Assembly (NCBI GenBank): GCA_030390025.1
Contig: CM059448.1
Span: 4,154,001 to 4,218,000, forward strand
DNA: 64,000 nt
Reading direction: 5' to 3'
DNA from: Squalus acanthias
Taxonomy: Eukaryota
The translations under genes were made by a program, and so were the position numbers. A model generated the notes under the pieces. That model ran no database searches, was not told the DNA's origin, and saw only the letters and a list, made by a program, of their open reading frames with translations. Positions 61,150 through 64,000 of this stretch are shown one piece after another; the first letter of the stretch is position 1; each line of letters begins with the position of its first letter.

Positions 61150-62250
61150 ATCGTCCAAAGACTTTATTCCCTCCAGACTTGATTTCTTCAACACTCGTCT
61201 TGCTATGGGGCTGTACCTTTCATAAGCTCCAACTCGTTCAGCCCTCTGCAGTTCATATGCGATCCCACACTCCTATCTGCCCTGTCCCCACTCACCTCCA
61301 ATGGCACCACGGACCCCCAACATACTGGGCTAGAAATTCGGTGCGTTAACGCCCCCGGGGGCGCTAATGGGACGCAAACGACTTTTTTGCCCGGGCGCGG
61401 TGCCGCTAACGACTCCTGCTAAATTCAGCGGGAGTTTAGTGGCGGCGGTAACCGGTAGCGCCCCGCTCCGCAGGCGATGACAACGTCATCACCGTGCGCA
61501 GCACCCCATTCTTGTCCTGCCTGCAAAATTGGCCCGCGCCCCCATAATCTGCGCCGGGCGATGACAGCGACCAATTCAGGGGGTGGGAACGGAGCGGCAG
61601 GCGGCTCGCGGGGCGCTAAGTAAAGGGGAGGTGGCAGCGGGGGAAAAAAAAAAAAATCGGTCGATTTACTTGTCGCGGCCCGTTGCATCTTTGAATGCGG
61701 GGTCTGTGCCGCGATCTGGCAGCCTGGCACTCCTCTTGAGTTGTGGGCTTGGGCCCTCCCATGTGGCAGCGCTATGTGGCCCAGTACATACGCTGCAGAA
61801 CGCACCGCCCGATACTTGGGGTTAGCGCTCTAAGAAGGAAGTGGAGTGCTTCAATTAGCGCTCCACCTCCCTCTTGGGGCGCTAAAACTGAAGTTAGCGA
61901 TCGCCGGTGCTATTTGTCGCGAACAAATTTTTCCCCCCACTGACTTTAAAATCCTTGTCCTTTCTTCAAATCTCTCCATGGCCTCTATACCTATACAACT
62001 CTCTCCAAACCTTTGTTACAAGATGCACTCTCCGCTCTTCTGAGTGAGATTTACAGTGCATTCTCCCTTCTTTCGCTCCACCATCAGTAGCAGAGTATTC
62101 AGCAAACATGCCCCTGCACTTAAGAATCCTCCTAATTCTCTTAAGAAAGTTCCTCTACTTCTTTGGCCATGCCTTTAACAATTTCTCTCCCTCTTCGGTT
62201 CCCTTGCTATAAAGTGTTCTGTGAAAAGTGCTATAAAAGTGCAAATTGTT
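61150..62250 (+). mobile_element. L2 3' remnant split by a MITE
   Basis: SRLDF..HKLQLVQ..PQHT|DFKILVL..RSTISSRVFS and the L2 tail GTGCTATAAAAGTGCAAATTGTTG. Confidence 0.6.
61327..61938. mobile_element. PIF/Harbinger-like MITE, 612 bp, CpG-rich
   Basis: 3-bp TSD ACT/ACT; removing the element restores the L2 reading CAA CAT ACT GAC TTT AAA ATC; G-rich degenerate TIRs GGGCTAGAAATT / rc GGGGGGAAAAATTT; many CGCTAA/TTAGCG motifs. Confidence 0.75.
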
Positions 62251-62626
62251 GATTTGTTCACTGCAAACGGTCACTATTGACTAGTTAGTGGGAGAATTTT
62301 TTTTCGGGGGGGGGGGGGGGGTGGTGGAAAGGGATAACTTTTTCCTTGTATTAATTAATTAAAAAATATCATGGAGCATTTGGTGGAATTTTAAAATTAA
62401 AAATCAGAAGCCCTGATCATAACACAGTCCAAAATTAACCCTTAAATAATCCAGCAGGAACAGCCGTTAAAATGCTAAATGCCAGAGCAATCTGACAGCT
62501 CCAAAAACATCTGCCATTCTTGTGAAGTGCTTTGATGAAGCAGTGTATACAGTTGAAAGGATACAGTTGCTGCAACAATTCTTATAACAGTAAATCAAAA
62601 ATAATAAAATGTTTTATATATCTTTG

Positions 62627-62832
62627 AAAGAAAAATGTTGCATTTATATAGCACCTTAACACATCTCTCAAGATGTCCCTAAAGTAGTTCACATTCAATG
62701 AAATACTATTGAAGTGCAGTGATTACTGTTATGTTGGCAAATGGGGCAGCTATTTTACAAGATCCCACAAACAGCAACGAGATGAATCTATTTTTGATGG
62801 TGTTGGTTGAGGGGAGAATATTGGCCAGGACC
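62627..62832 (-). mobile_element. DeuSINE 3' fragment, diverged
   Basis: TTGCATTTATATAGCACC...TTGAAGTGCAGT...CCCACAAACAGCAA...ATATTGGCCAGGAC. Confidence 0.7.
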
Positions 62833-62937
62833 ACATTTTGGACATACTTTCTGCCCTTGCCGAGGCAAGGGGTGTTGTTGTTGAAGAATGCAAGCTTTTC
62901 CATTTTTGGCATCAATCACTCCCAGATCAGGTACAGT

Positions 62938-63380
62938 AGAAACATAAGAAACATAGAAAAATAGGAGCAGGAGTAGGCCATTCGGCCTTTTGAGCCTGCT
63001 CCGCCATTCAACATGATCGTGGCTGATCCTCTATCTCAATATCATATTCTCGCTCTCTCTCCATACCCCTTGATGCCTTTTGTGACTAGAAATCTATCTA
63101 TCTCCTTCTTAAATATATTCAGTGACTTGGCCTCCACAGCCTTCTGTGGTAGAGAATTCCACAGGTTCACCACCCTCTGAGTGAAGAAATTTCTCCTCAT
63201 CTCAGTCCTAAATGTCCTACCCCGTATCCTGAGACTGTAACCCCTCGTTCTAGACCCCCCCAGCCAGGGGAAACATCCTCCCTGCATCCAGTCTGTCCAG
63301 CCCCGTCAGAATTTTATACGTTTCAATGAGATCCCCTCTCATTCTTCTAAACTCTAGTGAAAACAGGCCTAGTCGACCCT
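62938..63380 (-). mobile_element. CR1 LINE 3' end (young)
   Basis: SRTRGYSLRIRGRTFRTEMRRNFFTQRVVNLWNSLPQKAVEAKSLNIFKKEIDRFL plus (AGAAACAT)n tail. Confidence 0.92.
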
Positions 63381-63399
63381 GAATACAGGCCTAGTATGG

Positions 63400-63715
63400 C
63401 AATCTGTAGTGTAAGGTTCCATCTACTTTGCCCCAACAATGGCTTTGACTGAACTTCAGTAAAGTGTCCCCCACTTAACCAGTGTGATTTTTTTCCATTT
63501 CCCACATCAGACATCCTAGGCGAGACTGCCAATTTAGCATCAATGCGTGCCAAAATATTGGGCAATTTGTGTTGTGACCTCATATTAACTAGAAACAGGG
63601 TTGAGACTTCACAAATATATTTCTTGTAAGAACCTGTAGCCAAGACAGAGAAGAAACTTTCATCCCATCAGATTGAATTTGATCTAAATTTAGGCCTCAA
63701 AGATGAAACAAGAGT
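63400..63715 (-). mobile_element. LF-SINE-like relic
   Basis: Reverse complement CTGATGGGATGAAAGTTTCTTCTCTGTCTTGGCT...AGTCTCAACCCTGTTTCTAG...TTGGCAC...GGCAGTCTC is homologous to 48900-49046. Confidence 0.5.
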
Positions 63716-63879
63716 GTTTATATCAATGTTGCTATCCACTTCTCTTAGCAGGTCCTAAAGCCTGCTGTTATTCTAAAGCCTGCTGTTATTCTGTTCTTCA
63801 GCTACTGGCTCCAATATATTGGAACTCTCCTACAGCCGGTCGCCAATCAACATAAACCTGCCACATCTTTCTGGCCGAC

Positions 63880-64000
63880 ATTCCTTCCTCAGCCAACACT
63901 ACCAACACAGATCAACTGGTTATTCATCTCGGTTGCTGTTAGCAGGATCTTACTTTGCGCAAATTGGCTGTTGTGTTTGCCAACATAACAAAAGTGACTC
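63880..64000 (+). mobile_element. DeuSINE body fragment, cut by window end
   Basis: ACACAGATCAACTGGTTATTCATCTC...GCGCAAATTGGCTG...ACATAACAAAAGTGACT. Confidence 0.7.

Overview
Vertebrate genomic DNA, very probably a cartilaginous fish (shark); this is inferred from its repeat content (DeuSINE/SacSINE1-like and MetaSINE-like SINEs, CR1 and L2 LINE 3' ends, Penelope elements, long poly-G/C runs). The left half holds the 5' end of a Mediator kinase-module subunit 13 gene on the minus strand. Its coding exons are 1 (32323-32394), 2 (20411-20645) and 3 (1935-2019). They splice in frame through GT-AG introns of 11.7 kb and 18.4 kb, and the gene continues beyond the left edge. The exon structure is MED13L-like but exon 2 is MED13-like, so this may be a third paralog. 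The CpG-island promoter (~32.6-33.1 kb) has a palindromic GTCACGTGAC E-box, YY1-like sites, a five-unit ~54-bp tandem array of CTCF-like motifs, and a uORF whose stop overlaps the start codon. The right half is repeat-dense, with several clean nested insertions: a Tigger-like MITE in CR1, a Harbinger-like MITE in L2, and Penelope in L2. It also contains Penelope hammerhead-ribozyme motifs, LF-SINE-like relics, and a likely 201-nt coding exon of an unidentified minus-strand gene (60868-61068). Nearly all ORFs in the supplied track are spurious or repeat-derived. All family assignments come from recalled consensus sequences, not database searches.
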